A stretch of 64,000 bases of DNA, from assembly GCA_002347705.1 (NCBI GenBank), contig DDWY01000017.1, positions 17,315 through 81,314 of the forward strand. Reading direction: 5' to 3'. Under the pieces are notes generated by a model, which had not been told where the DNA came from, searched no databases, and saw only the letters and a program-made list of their open reading frames with translations. This DNA is from Anaerolineaceae bacterium UBA2274 (GTDB lineage Bacteria > Chloroflexota > Anaerolineae > Anaerolineales > Anaerolineaceae). Positions within the stretch are counted from its first letter, which is position 1. Each line of letters opens with the position of its first letter. The position numbers and the translations under genes are program-made. Shown piece by piece: positions 39,240 through 49,270 of the stretch.

Positions 39240-39708
39240 AGTATCCAACCTCCTTGAAGTGGGTGCATACAAACCCTCCTTAGGGGAGTGTATGCATGTT
39301 TTATATTGAAGTTTTGTCGAATTGGCGGCCTCGGACGAGGTCAAGTGAATTTATGTTAATACTATAGCAAATTTGGACCTGAAATTCAATAAGCTTTGAG
39401 CAATTCCATGTATTAATATAACGTTCTGGGCAACACATAATATGGAAAGAAAAAAAAAGATACCGGCCCGTTAGCCGACTTCTTTAGGTGATTAGTTGTA
39501 ATTCTCTGCTATCTGGTCAGCAAGGACAGGTAGATAGCATTATCCAGCAGCGGAGGCATCTTGTAGAGATTGAAGTCGAGCCTTTCGGCATCATTCTTTA
39601 TGGTAGCTGTGGAACCAATGCTAAACCAACCATACCAAACCTCACTTGAATTGAAAGCCGTGCTGGGCTCCCAATGACAAAAAATCTTTCAACGTGAACC
39701 TCCATTGC

Positions 39709-40014
39709 GTGGCGATCTCTCCTTGTGTGTATACCCAACCGCAAAAGCGAGATTGCCACACCCCCTTTCCGTATCTCCAAACTCGTGGCTGCAAAACACC
39801 GGGGGTTCGCAATGACAAAATATCCGTCACCGCGAGGAGCAAAGCAATGTGGCGATCCGCCTGTGAGTCTGTCATCGCGAGGGAGCTTATGACCGTGGCG
39901 ATCTCTCCTTGTGTGTATACCCAACAGCAAAAGCGAGATTGCCACACCCCCTTACCATATCTCCAAACTCGTGGCTGCAAAACATCGGGGGTTCGCAATG
40001 ACAAAAGATGCGTC
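39709..40014. repeat. Two ~120-bp direct repeats (period 186 bp) of the GAGATTGCC...TCGCAATGACA type
   Basis: gtggcgatctctccttgtgtgtatacccaac.gcaaaagcgagattgccacaccccctt.cc.tatctccaaactcgtggctgcaaaaca.cgggggttcgcaatgacaaaa at 39709-39828 and 39895-40014. Confidence 0.95.
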
Positions 40015-40146
40015 TACACGGGCACAGGTGACCGTTCCCTGTGACTGCGACCTGTTATTCCGAAGGGAACGCGGCTCGCCCCATATCAATTTGATTATTC
40101 TCAACACAGATTGGCAATGGGAACATAACGCGTGACTGAAAGGCAT

Positions 40147-40181
40147 TAAAAAGAGACTGGCTCCTCAAGAGTCAGTCTCTT
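40147..40181 (-). terminator. Rho-independent terminator of the subtilase gene
   Basis: agagactg (40152-40159) / cagtctct (40173-40180): an 8-bp stem followed on the minus strand by TTTTT (plus-strand aaaaa at 40148-40152). A T-rich run also follows on the plus strand. Confidence 0.6.
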
Positions 40182-40243
40182 TACTTTTCCTACCCGATCA
40201 ATCAAAGATCACGAGTAAGTGGAAACACCTTCTGTCGTCTGCA

Positions 40244-43200
40244 CTATCTCATGATAAGAGGCAGGTATAAGAACTTGAGAGGTTCTTCAACCAAAACTTC
40301 CCAAACTGCCATTTCCTCAACAGTGTAGGCTTCATCTGTGCTGTGCAAAGCTTCATTGACGACCAAGCCAACTGTTTCCTCGTCCACCGTCACTTGGAAG
40401 GTGATCACATGGGTGGGCGGAACAAAGACGTAGTCGAAGCAGATAGCCGAGCCATTTTCAATTTGAAGGGTCGTATCATTGTAGACAAAGGTCGTGCCAA
40501 CAGTACCGTCGACATTTTCCACGCCAATGGTCGAACTGCCCAGATCGAAATCGGGATGAATGTTATCGTAGGCAAAAATGATCTCATAGGCGCCTGGGGC
40601 ATCGCTTGGCTGCAAGAAGTAGCCAATTTCGAAGTCCAGGGTCACCGCAGGATCGCCGCCATAGCGGTAAACATCATCGTATTCAATCACCGCGAAGGAA
40701 GCTCCATCACCAACCATGGTAACACCCTTATTGGTGGTCAGGTCGTACTGGGTGAAAAGATCATCCCAGAACATCGCCATCAGGTTATTGGGGTCAGTCG
40801 GGTTGGGCAGATTCTGGTTCATAAAGCTGGTTGAAGCCATATCAAATCCCGCAAACCCATCAGCCGTGAATTCCATCCCTACATAATCGATACCGTAGAA
40901 GTTGAATGGAGGGTAGGTGGAGAAAGTGCCGTACCAGAAACTGTCACCATACGCCAGCGAAGGTGAAGCGGCAAACCCGTAACTGGTCGTAAACCAATCC
41001 ATGTAAGCGTCAGGGTTGCCATCAGGCATGATCTCCAGTGTACAGGCGGGGTCTTCAGCGCTGGTGGTGAAATCATAGGTGTAATAGCCCGGATCAATGG
41101 TGCCAGTCCAGGTGATGGCATTGGTCAGCTCATCATACACTGCACCGCCCGTAACCGAATCCGGCACATATGTGACACCATCAGGCAGTACATCATTGAT
41201 ACTGTACTCAATTGAGTAATCCTTGTAATTAGTAACGGCAAGGGTGTAGGTAATCGTGTCGCCCGGTGCCGCAATTTCGACATCAGCGGTCTTGACCACG
41301 TCATCCGCGAGGCGGACAATATCCAAATCGGTCGAACCAATCCACAAGTCGCAGAAGGTATCAGCACAGGTGTCAAAGTAACCATACATGCGATCGCCTT
41401 CGGATGTGTCTTCATACCAGACAATATCCATGCTGAAAGGTTCCCCAGCTGGGTTAGTTGCAGGCACGATCACATCGTAATTACCGACTTCGGGTTCCAA
41501 AGGAACGATGGCACTTGCAAGGGTGACCGTGTCACCAACCGCGCCATTCCAGTTTTGGACAACAATGAAGTAGGTATCAACAGCAGGCCAGTAAATCCAG
41601 TCCTTAGGCGCATTTAGATATTCCAGGACGGCACCCGTCGCACTACTGGCAACCAGGTAGTCAGCTGAAGAAAGCATGCCATCACCGTTCTGGTCCCAAT
41701 ACAGGAACATATCCAGATCAAGTGAGGTTGACTCAGTAATTTCAGCCACAAGCCGAATTGAATTGGCAGGCACGTCAAACTTCTTTACGAACACCTGGCT
41801 AATATCATCCACCGGATCAGAGTTGGTTGGGTCTGGATCCAAAGTGAAGGTTTCCAAATCCGCGACAACCAGACCAGATAGGTAAACATTGCCATCCGTG
41901 ATTTCCACGGCTGTCAGATCGCTGATTGTTTCAGCGTCAGCATCCCGGTGAGTCCCAAGCCGCAGGAAAGCCGGAATATTGCTTGAGGTAGGCAGAACAG
42001 CCAAGGGGATATGGAGGTCGGCGATCGGTGCGCCAGCCACAATTGGGCCAAGTTCGACATCATCTATGTACCAGTTGTCCGCATCATTGCCCTGATAGTT
42101 GAATGCCAAACAAACAGTTTGACCTTCATAGGAAGTTAGGTCATAGGTGTATTGAGCCCAGGTTGTGGATGCAGCACTAAGCTCTTCAAGCTCAACAAAA
42201 GCTCCATCCGCTGGATTGCAACTTCCTGTTGAAATAAGCAAACCATGATAATAGTACCAAGTCGGGTAGAGTGATCTTTCCCAGAATGAGAAATACATAC
42301 CAGATTCTACTGTAAAGGCAGGTGTCACCAACCATCCATTCTGGTCGCCGGCCGCACTATATACATGATAGGCTGACCCTACGCCAGAATGATAGTAATC
42401 TATCGTGCGAGCCCATTGGCTACCACCACCATCGGAATTATAAGCAGACCAACCGGTTGGAGGGAACGTGGTAGATTCAAAACCTTCCTGCCATCCACCA
42501 CCACCTGCATGCGAGCTATCTGTCAGAAAATCGATACTCGCAAATTCCCAAACGTCTGTCTCTAATGTTGCAACATCCGCCGTAAACGTGACCACCTGGG
42601 TGCCGCCGGCAGGGATAGTGAAACTAGCAGGAGCAACCGTTACCCATTCGGGTGCAACAACAGTATAAGTAGCTGGCATACCAGCCACGCTCTTGAAGGT
42701 TCGTGTCCAGGTGCATTCACCCACGCACTTGCTGCTATACAAGCTGGCAAGGTTCAAACTTGAAGGAGTGCCGTCCAATGTAGGATCAGCCGCCTCAAAA
42801 TTAGCAATGGTTTCGTCCAATACCAAACCGACCATTGCGGCATTTTCGAGCGCAACGCGTCCGGAGCCTTCATCCTGAGGGGTGGCTGGGCGCATGACGC
42901 CTTCAATGGTAACGCGGTCAGCAAGCAGACCGTCTTCCGCGGTCATCATCATGGCTGAACGGATTTCCATGGGGGTCCAATCGGGATGCAGCGCCATCAA
43001 TAACGCGGCAGCGCCAGCATTGTGCGGGCTGGACATGGAAGTACCCTGGTACAAGTCGAGTTCGTAATCACCACTGGGGGCAATCGTTCCATCAGCCACA
43101 GCAGCCAAAATGGAGACACCCGGAGCAGTGATATCGGGCTTCAAAACATCAAACGTAGTGTTGGGTCCGTAAGAGCTAAAGCCAGCGATAATATCTTCAT

Positions 43201-44869
43201 AATTGGCGTTATAGATCCGGCTGGTTTCAGCAGAGATCGACGCTGTAGCGGTCGGATTGGCATCAATCCATGCCTTGATAGCCAGGCCATCTTCCATGCT
43301 GATCATGGCGGCACCAGTAACGATGCCAGCCATGCCTGCAGGAGCGCCAGTTCGGCTGTTGAAAATCAGCACATATTCAGCACCAGCAGCGTAAGCATTG
43401 GCTTCCTTTGCTGCAAAGGTGCAGACACCACGTTGAATGAGGGCAATTGCGCCGTCAAAGAAACCGGGAGCAAAAGCCGCACAGCCGTTGAGATTTGCAG
43501 GATCATACTTGATTGGCAAGTCCACCAAGTCAATTGTCAGTAAAGGTCCTGCTTGCACTGCGCCCAGACCAGTTAACTCGGGGGGTACAGTGCCTGGACC
43601 GGTGATATCCACGGCATTGGCAAAAATCCGGCCATGTGAGGCGGCAGCAACGGTGGACACCCAGGGTGAGCGATGCGCCACAGAGGATGGGCCGGTTGTA
43701 TCGCCGGCATTGCCAGCGGATGTAGAGACAAAAATACCAGCTTCAGTTGCAGCCAAAAAGGCCAATTCCACTGGGTCAGAGTAAGGATTGGCGCCACCGG
43801 AAATGGAGTAGTTCAGAACATCCACACCACTGGCGATAGCATCATCAACAGCCGCAACAGTTGCGTCACCGTAACAAGCACCATTCGGAGGGACCGGTAC
43901 ACAAACATCAAAAGAGATAATCTGCGCGTGAGGTGCCACACCGCTGATAGTGGTGGTAACACCCTGGAATTCCACTTCCACAAAATTGCCGGCAACAGTG
44001 GAGGCGGTATGGGAACCATGACCTTCAGAGTCTTCCGGGCTGGAAGTCTCTACGGGATGATCGGCAACATAGGTGAACGCGCCAACTAATTTGTCATTAC
44101 AAGCAGTGGCATAATCGGGGTCACCATCAGGAGCACAAACACCCAGGTAATCGCCAGTCCATTCGTAGACATAGCCATCTGTGGGGGTAGCGCTGAAGGA
44201 GGGGTGGTCAAAGTTGATGCCGGTATCGATAATACCAACCAGCACGCCTTCGCCGTAGGTATCAACACCCGTGGCAGTTTCGCCATTCCAAATGGCAGGA
44301 GCGCCGATCAGGGTGGGACCTTCATCCGTATCAGTGTGCTCGATGGGTGCACGCAGTACCTTGGCGCCAGTTTGAGCGGCCAACAGTTCTGCTTCAGCAG
44401 CGGTCAACATCATAGAGAAACCGTTGGTGGCATAACGATACGTGAACAGCACTTCTGGCACACGACCCAAGACGTTGCTGGCTGTCGTCAGGTAGGCTTG
44501 CTGTTGGACCTGGATGTAATCCAGGTATGCCTGGCTCTCGGGAGCTTTAACATCCAACTTTTCGCCAGTGACAGAAGGGGCTGTAGCAGCAAAACCTGCA
44601 AGTTCTCCCTTGTAGGTGGCTAAAGGTTTGTCGGGCAAGATGACCACAAAGCGAAGGGGGTCCTTGCTATTCACCTCATAGGCTTCGACGGCCGTTTCCT
44701 CAACAAATTTAAGGTTACGCCCCTCAGCCTCCGGCTGGTTGAGCAAGGTTGAGCGGTCAACCACTAACAGCCTGGAGCCAGCGGGAGGAGGGTTCTGGGC
44801 ACTTACGGGTGCTGCAACCATTGCCAGCACAACTAATAGTGCGATTACACGAAATAATGCTGATTTCAT
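40244..44869 (-). CDS. Secreted multidomain subtilisin-like serine protease (S8) with I9 propeptide, PA-domain insertion, choice-of-anchor-J/cleaved-adhesin-like domain and a long C-terminal extension
   Basis: 1541 aa. Signal MKSALFRVIALLVVLAMVAAPVSAQ. Catalytic Asp VGIIDTGINFDHPSF, His GHGSHTASTVAG, Ser GTSMSSPHNAGAAALL. PA-like CAAFAPGFFDGAIALIQRGVCTF. GWQEGFESTTFPPTGWSAY...WYIDDVELG. DUF11-like GDTITYTLAVTNY. Confidence 0.9.
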   Translation of the reverse strand: MKSALFRVIALLVVLAMVAAPVSAQNPPPAGSRLLVVDRSTLLNQPEAEGRNLKFVEETAVEAYEVNSKDPLRFVVILPDKPLATYKGELAGFAATAPSVTGEKLDVKAPESQAYLDYIQVQQQAYLTTASNVLGRVPEVLFTYRYATNGFSMMLTAAEAELLAAQTGAKVLRAPIEHTDTDEGPTLIGAPAIWNGETATGVDTYGEGVLVGIIDTGINFDHPSFSATPTDGYVYEWTGDYLGVCAPDGDPDYATACNDKLVGAFTYVADHPVETSSPEDSEGHGSHTASTVAGNFVEVEFQGVTTTISGVAPHAQIISFDVCVPVPPNGACYGDATVAAVDDAIASGVDVLNYSISGGANPYSDPVELAFLAATEAGIFVSTSAGNAGDTTGPSSVAHRSPWVSTVAAASHGRIFANAVDITGPGTVPPELTGLGAVQAGPLLTIDLVDLPIKYDPANLNGCAAFAPGFFDGAIALIQRGVCTFAAKEANAYAAGAEYVLIFNSRTGAPAGMAGIVTGAAMISMEDGLAIKAWIDANPTATASISAETSRIYNANYEDIIAGFSSYGPNTTFDVLKPDITAPGVSILAAVADGTIAPSGDYELDLYQGTSMSSPHNAGAAALLMALHPDWTPMEIRSAMMMTAEDGLLADRVTIEGVMRPATPQDEGSGRVALENAAMVGLVLDETIANFEAADPTLDGTPSSLNLASLYSSKCVGECTWTRTFKSVAGMPATYTVVAPEWVTVAPASFTIPAGGTQVVTFTADVATLETDVWEFASIDFLTDSSHAGGGGWQEGFESTTFPPTGWSAYNSDGGGSQWARTIDYYHSGVGSAYHVYSAAGDQNGWLVTPAFTVESGMYFSFWERSLYPTWYYYHGLLISTGSCNPADGAFVELEELSAASTTWAQYTYDLTSYEGQTVCLAFNYQGNDADNWYIDDVELGPIVAGAPIADLHIPLAVLPTSSNIPAFLRLGTHRDADAETISDLTAVEITDGNVYLSGLVVADLETFTLDPDPTNSDPVDDISQVFVKKFDVPANSIRLVAEITESTSLDLDMFLYWDQNGDGMLSSADYLVASSATGAVLEYLNAPKDWIYWPAVDTYFIVVQNWNGAVGDTVTLASAIVPLEPEVGNYDVIVPATNPAGEPFSMDIVWYEDTSEGDRMYGYFDTCADTFCDLWIGSTDLDIVRLADDVVKTADVEIAAPGDTITYTLAVTNYKDYSIEYSINDVLPDGVTYVPDSVTGGAVYDELTNAITWTGTIDPGYYTYDFTTSAEDPACTLEIMPDGNPDAYMDWFTTSYGFAASPSLAYGDSFWYGTFSTYPPFNFYGIDYVGMEFTADGFAGFDMASTSFMNQNLPNPTDPNNLMAMFWDDLFTQYDLTTNKGVTMVGDGASFAVIEYDDVYRYGGDPAVTLDFEIGYFLQPSDAPGAYEIIFAYDNIHPDFDLGSSTIGVENVDGTVGTTFVYNDTTLQIENGSAICFDYVFVPPTHVITFQVTVDEETVGLVVNEALHSTDEAYTVEEMAVWEVLVEEPLKFLYLPLIMR

Positions 44870-45285
44870 TCTTTCACTCCATTTTCTTGTTTAACAGGAT
44901 TTTTGCAGGGGAACGCACCCTGCACGTTTCTACGTACACTTGCGGGAACAATTGTAAAGATTTGCTGATAATTCGGTCTGACTAAGCTAAAAGTCAAGTG
45001 GTGGTAACTCCTTTCAAATTTTATATCCATCCCCCAAGGGGAACGTTCAAGAAAGGTACGAACAGATTAATAAATATCGACCGGCAATCGACGTCTAAAT
45101 TATAGTCATTCTGTTTCCATGCGTCAAGCGAAACTTTAGTCGCATTATCATTTGAACCAACAGCTATCTCTTAGTAACATTATCCTTTGACATGACACTG
45201 AGAACAATATTTTTCTATTATCGCTCCCTGCCAGACTTCGTCTAGCCAAAACCATGCGGATTCCAACTCTCCAGAGCCCACTGTC

Positions 45286-45309
45286 AAAAAAACTGCTTCT
45301 TTGTGCAGC
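45286..45309 (-). terminator. Weak candidate terminator after the feo operon
   Basis: The minus strand reads ctgc-acaaagaa-gcag followed by TTTTTTT. The stem is only 4-5 bp. Confidence 0.3.
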
Positions 45310-45331
45310 GGGTGTTTCCAAAAATATCTGA

Positions 45332-45526
45332 TCAACAATGCTTTTTGATCTGCTCCGGGCAGTTCTGCTCGGATTTTTTCGGCAGGATCTTTGCCGCGGC
45401 ACAGGTGCCCGCGTAGGTGCAGCCCGCGCAACCCCCACGCCCGGATTTGGCATTGCATACCATCTTATAAATGATCAATCCTACGATTGCCGCGAGCACA
45501 ACACTGATAATAATCGTTGGGACCAT
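45332..45526 (-). CDS. FeoB-associated Cys-rich small membrane protein
   Basis: 64 aa. N-terminal TM VPTIIISVVLAAIVGLIIY followed by GRGGCAGCTYAGTC. Starts 1 nt after the feoB stop, with AAGAGG upstream. Confidence 0.8.
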   Translation of the reverse strand: MVPTIIISVVLAAIVGLIIYKMVCNAKSGRGGCAGCTYAGTCAAAKILPKKSEQNCPEQIKKHC

Positions 45527-45527
45527 C

Positions 45528-47690
45528 TTAGCCTCTTGACCCTGCTCTCGCCCGCTTCAATCTCCCATCTGCCTGCGGTGATGGTCTGAAAATGAGCCAC
45601 AACACCACCCCAGTCACTGCCAGGGTGATACCCGTCCACAAAGTGAACACGCCTCCCTGCAACCATGTGCCGAGCTGATAAACCATCAGTGCTGCAATAT
45701 ATCCAAAAGCGGTCATATACCCAACCGCAAACAAAGTCCACATCACGCTGTTCATCTCGCGCCGGATTGAACTGATCGCTGCAATGCATGGCGCGGAGAG
45801 CAGCACAAAGATCAGAAACGAGGTCGCCGAAAGGGGCGAAAAGGCTGCCCGCAAGCTCATCCACATTTCCTGACCACCAGCAGCAACTTCAGAAAAACCG
45901 TAGAAAATACCGAAGCTGCTCACCACAGTCTCCTTGGCAACCAACCCGTTCAGTGCCGCCATGACCGGGCGCCATTCTCCCCAGCCCAAAGGTTTAAAAA
46001 CCCAGGCAATTGAGGTTCCAATCGCAGCCAGGATGCTGTGATTGATTTGCCCGGCTTCAAGCATCTGAAAACGACCTTCCACCCAACCAAAAAAGGTCAA
46101 AAACCAGATCACGATCGCTGCCAGGAGGATCACGGAGGTAGCTTTTTTGACAAAAGATGAAACTCTATCCCAGGTTGTTCTAAAAATGCATTTAAGCGAA
46201 GGACATCGATAGGCTGGCAATTCCATCACGAATGGCGAAGGCTCCCCCTGGAACAACGCCGTCTTTTTCAGGATAAGCCCTGAAATAACCACTGCCGCGA
46301 TCCCCAAAAAGTAAGCGCCAAAAGCAACCCAGCCTTTCCCGCCAAAAAAAGCTCCAGCAATCATGGAAATCACCGGCAGTTTTGCGCTGCAAGGAATGAA
46401 GGATGTTGTGATGACCGTCATGCGTCTGGCACTCTCGTTCTCGATCGTGCGTGCCGCCAAAATCGCCGGCACACTACAGCCGCTTCCAATTAGCATCGGG
46501 ATAAAACTTTTCCCTGAAAGTCCAAACTTGCGGAACATACGGTCCAGGATGAAAGTGACCCTCGACATATATCCGCTGAATTCCAACAAGCCCAAAAACA
46601 GAAACAAGACCACCATCTGGGGCAAAAAACTCAAGACTGAACCCACCCCTGCCAGGATGCCATCCACGAGCAGCCCCTGCAGCCAGTTTGCCACGCCCCA
46701 ATCCACCAGCTTTCCACTGACAGCAGGCAGGATAATCTCGCCGAAAAGTTTGTCGTTGGTCCAGCGTGTCATGGTGGCGCCAACCGTGTTTACCGAAACG
46801 TAATAGACCACGAACATCACCAGGGCAAAAATTGGTAAAGCCAGCCAGCGATTGGTCACAACTCGATCGATCCGGTCTGAAGGTGAGAGTTCGCCCGCCT
46901 TTTTGCGCACGGTGACCTTCTCGAGCACATTCTCGATGAAGCCATAGCGTTCTGAGGCGATGATGCTGTCGGAGTCGTCGTCGTACTCAAGTTCACATTG
47001 CCAGATATCCTGTTCGATGTGGGCCTTCAATTCGGCTGAGAGGCCTAATTCCGCTTCAACCAGTTCGTTGCGTTCGAAGAGTTTGACCGCGTACCAGCGC
47101 TGTTTGTGCTCAGGCTGCTCATGCAGAGCTACTTCTTCGATGTGCCCCAGGGCATGTTCCACCCCGCCGCTGAAACGATGCACCGATAGCAAGCGCCTGT
47201 TTTTTTGAGCAACCTCCATGGCAGCTCCAGCGAGTTCATCGATCTGAGTCTCGCGCAGTGCTGATATTTTCACCACAGGCAGTCCAAAAGCCTCGCCAAG
47301 AGCTGTGCTGTCAATCCTGGTCCCGCTTTTCTCAACCTCATCCATCATGTTGATTGCCAGGACCATCGGGATGCCCAACTCCGCCAACTGCGTCGTCAGG
47401 TAAAGATTCCGTTCCAGGCTCGTACCATCTACGATATTGATGATGGCATCAGGGTTGGACTCAAGCAGGTAATCCCTGGCTATTTCTTCTTCAAGCGAAT
47501 TCGTCGAGAGTGAATAGATCCCCGGCAGATCCACCAATACCACATCGGGGTGACCGATCAGAATGCCTTCCTTCTTCTCAACCGTCACGCCTGGCCAGTT
47601 GCCAACATATTGGTTTGAACCTGTGAGGGCATTAAATAGCGTGGTTTTTCCGGAATTAGGATTTCCTGCGACAGCAATAATTACAGACAT
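45528..47690 (-). CDS. feoB: Ferrous iron transporter FeoB
   Basis: 720 aa. N-terminal GTPase AVAGNPNSGKTTLFNALTG ... VDLPGIYSL, then a polytopic permease domain. Confidence 0.96.
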   Translation of the reverse strand: MSVIIAVAGNPNSGKTTLFNALTGSNQYVGNWPGVTVEKKEGILIGHPDVVLVDLPGIYSLSTNSLEEEIARDYLLESNPDAIINIVDGTSLERNLYLTTQLAELGIPMVLAINMMDEVEKSGTRIDSTALGEAFGLPVVKISALRETQIDELAGAAMEVAQKNRRLLSVHRFSGGVEHALGHIEEVALHEQPEHKQRWYAVKLFERNELVEAELGLSAELKAHIEQDIWQCELEYDDDSDSIIASERYGFIENVLEKVTVRKKAGELSPSDRIDRVVTNRWLALPIFALVMFVVYYVSVNTVGATMTRWTNDKLFGEIILPAVSGKLVDWGVANWLQGLLVDGILAGVGSVLSFLPQMVVLFLFLGLLEFSGYMSRVTFILDRMFRKFGLSGKSFIPMLIGSGCSVPAILAARTIENESARRMTVITTSFIPCSAKLPVISMIAGAFFGGKGWVAFGAYFLGIAAVVISGLILKKTALFQGEPSPFVMELPAYRCPSLKCIFRTTWDRVSSFVKKATSVILLAAIVIWFLTFFGWVEGRFQMLEAGQINHSILAAIGTSIAWVFKPLGWGEWRPVMAALNGLVAKETVVSSFGIFYGFSEVAAGGQEMWMSLRAAFSPLSATSFLIFVLLSAPCIAAISSIRREMNSVMWTLFAVGYMTAFGYIAALMVYQLGTWLQGGVFTLWTGITLAVTGVVLWLIFRPSPQADGRLKRARAGSRG

Positions 47691-47717
47691 AGCGGCTTTC
47701 TAATAGAAAGAAAACGA

Positions 47718-47939
47718 TCATTCCACTTCGATTATTTCAGCGTCGATCTTGCGTAGACTCAGCTCGTAACCACGCAGATTGACTTCAATGGGATCGCCAA
47801 GGGGAGCTACTTTGCGTACGAAGATTTCCACGTTTTTTGTGATGCCCATATCCATTACCCGGCGGCGAATTCGTCCTTGCCCGTGGACTTTCACTACACG
47901 GGCCGATTCTCCTACCCGAACATCTCTCAAAGTTTTCAT
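47718..47939 (-). CDS. feoA: FeoA family protein
   Basis: Start at ATG 47939 (GAGGAAG upstream): MKTLRDVRVGESARVVKVHGQGRIRRRVMDMGI. 73 aa. The ORF-track start is 48008. Confidence 0.9.
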   Translation of the reverse strand: MKTLRDVRVGESARVVKVHGQGRIRRRVMDMGITKNVEIFVRKVAPLGDPIEVNLRGYELSLRKIDAEIIEVE

Positions 47940-47985
47940 CTGGTCTTCCTCTTGGCTTAAATGGTCTTGCGTTTGTAAGCGAAAT

Positions 47986-48029
47986 TTGTTAGGATTACCT
48001 AACAACAAAAAATGTTAGCCTAAGCTGAC
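47986..48029. promoter_or_regulatory. Two adjacent palindromic DtxR/IdeR-like operator candidates between feoA and the divergent regulator gene
   Basis: TTGTTAGG-ATTA-CCTAACAA is a perfect 8-bp inverted repeat at 47986-48005. aaaatGTTAGCCTAAgCtga at ~48010-48029 matches the GTTAGCCTAAC core of the TTAGGTTAGCCTAACCTAA DtxR box (about 14 of 19 by eye). Confidence 0.45.
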
Positions 48030-48206
48030 TGTTCTGTCAAGGCTTCAGTGCTAAAACCGAAGTTAAGCCACTTGCTTGAGCCCCTTCGTTGGATGTGGTG
48101 GGCGCAGCCGAATCTTTTCAGCCTCTTCCTGGAGGCGGACGGCGCAGCCGGGGGGTGGGTTAACATTGAGCAACTAACTGCCTTTGGGGCATAAGGAGTG
48201 CACACT

Positions 48207-48602
48207 ATGAATTTGCAAGAGTCAGCTGAGATGTATCTTGAGACAATTCTGGTCCTGGAGAAGCAAAACGGCCAGGTACGCGCCGTTGATATTGCCCGCC
48301 AAATGCAATTCTCCCGCCCAACCGTCAGCCAGCAGATCAGACGCCTCGCGGAGAATGGTTACCTTGAGCTGGACGCCAACAAACACATTTTCCTTACATC
48401 CAAAGGTCGCCTAATCGCTGAAGAAACGTACAACAGACACAACAGCCTGGCGGAGATTTTTATCTGGATGGGAGTCAGCGAGCAAACCGCGTTTGAGGAT
48501 GCCTGCCGCATCGAGCACTATATCAGCACCGAAACCTTCAACTGCCTGCGTCAGCATTATGAAAAAGAGCGTAAAAATGCGATCGCAAGCAACCCAGGCT
48601 GA
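48207..48602 (+). CDS. DtxR/MntR-family metal-dependent transcriptional repressor
   Basis: MNLQESAEMYLETILVLEKQNGQVRAVDIARQMQFSRPTVSQQIRRLAENGYL. AAGGAG lies 8 nt upstream of ATG 48207. The protein has the wHTH and dimerisation domains and no SH3-like domain. Confidence 0.88.
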   Translation: MNLQESAEMYLETILVLEKQNGQVRAVDIARQMQFSRPTVSQQIRRLAENGYLELDANKHIFLTSKGRLIAEETYNRHNSLAEIFIWMGVSEQTAFEDACRIEHYISTETFNCLRQHYEKERKNAIASNPG

Positions 48603-48644
48603 TCCTCTTCAATCTCTTCCTGTCGCCCCTCAGTCGGTTTTTCT

Positions 48645-48994
48645 TTCATTCTGAGACTCTTTTACGAAAAATCTAATCATTAGAGATGGTAGAGCGTTCT
48701 TTCCGCCACTCCGCCACCTGTCATTCTGAGGCCTTTTTGCGAAGGATCTAAGCAGCAGAAATCACCACCCCGGTATCTGTCATCGCGAGGAGCGAAGCGA
48801 CGTGGCGATCTGAACTGCTCGAATTTCATCAGCGATAAACAATTTTATTGGCCGGATAGACTCTTCTATTGTCGGAGTGAGCCCGGGCCAGATTGACAAT
48901 ATGCAAACTTGCAAAGGCGGTCTCATTCCGACCTACAGCTAACACTCTTGTCATTCTGAGGCCTTTTTGCGAAGAATCTAAGCAGCAGAAATCA
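48645..48994. repeat. Cluster of family-B units (four copies) plus a family-D segment
   Basis: tttcattctgagactcttttacgaaaaatcta (48645-). ctgtcattctgaggcctttttgcgaaggatctaagcagcagaaatca (48718-48764). tgtcatcgcgaggagcgaagcgacgtggcgatct (48778-48811). cttgtcattctgaggcctttttgcgaagaatctaagcagcagaaatca (48947-48994). attgtcggagtgagcccgg..ggcggtctcattccgacctac also occurs at 57.27-57.36 kb. Confidence 0.9.
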
Positions 48995-49270
48995 GATCCA
49001 TCGCTTTGCTAAAAATGATAAGACCGAAGTCCAACCTGCAGTTTACACTTCAACCGGAAGAGATCGCCAACCCGACAATACCATTTTCATTAATTGCACC
49101 CGTAAGGCGAGCTTGGAAGCACTAAATACACCGTGATCCTGATACGCTTCCGTGGCGGATTGAGGACGGTCCGTTACTTGTTTCTGCACCAGGAAAATTC
49201 GTCCTCAATACCCTACGGGCACTTTGTCCTGCCCTACGAAATATTGAAATTTCCTATTACAAATCCAGAT

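Noticed and set aside
39598-40146. Five overlapping ORFs (62-120 aa) on both strands.
   Set aside because: All are composed of the two 120-bp direct repeats and family-B units, so they are repeat-derived pseudo-ORFs.
45148-45864. Minus-strand ORFs 45148..45453, 45180..45458 and 45481..45864.
   Set aside because: They are alternative frames overlapping feoB and the FeoB-associated Cys-rich peptide. Only the latter two have family signatures and SD sequences.
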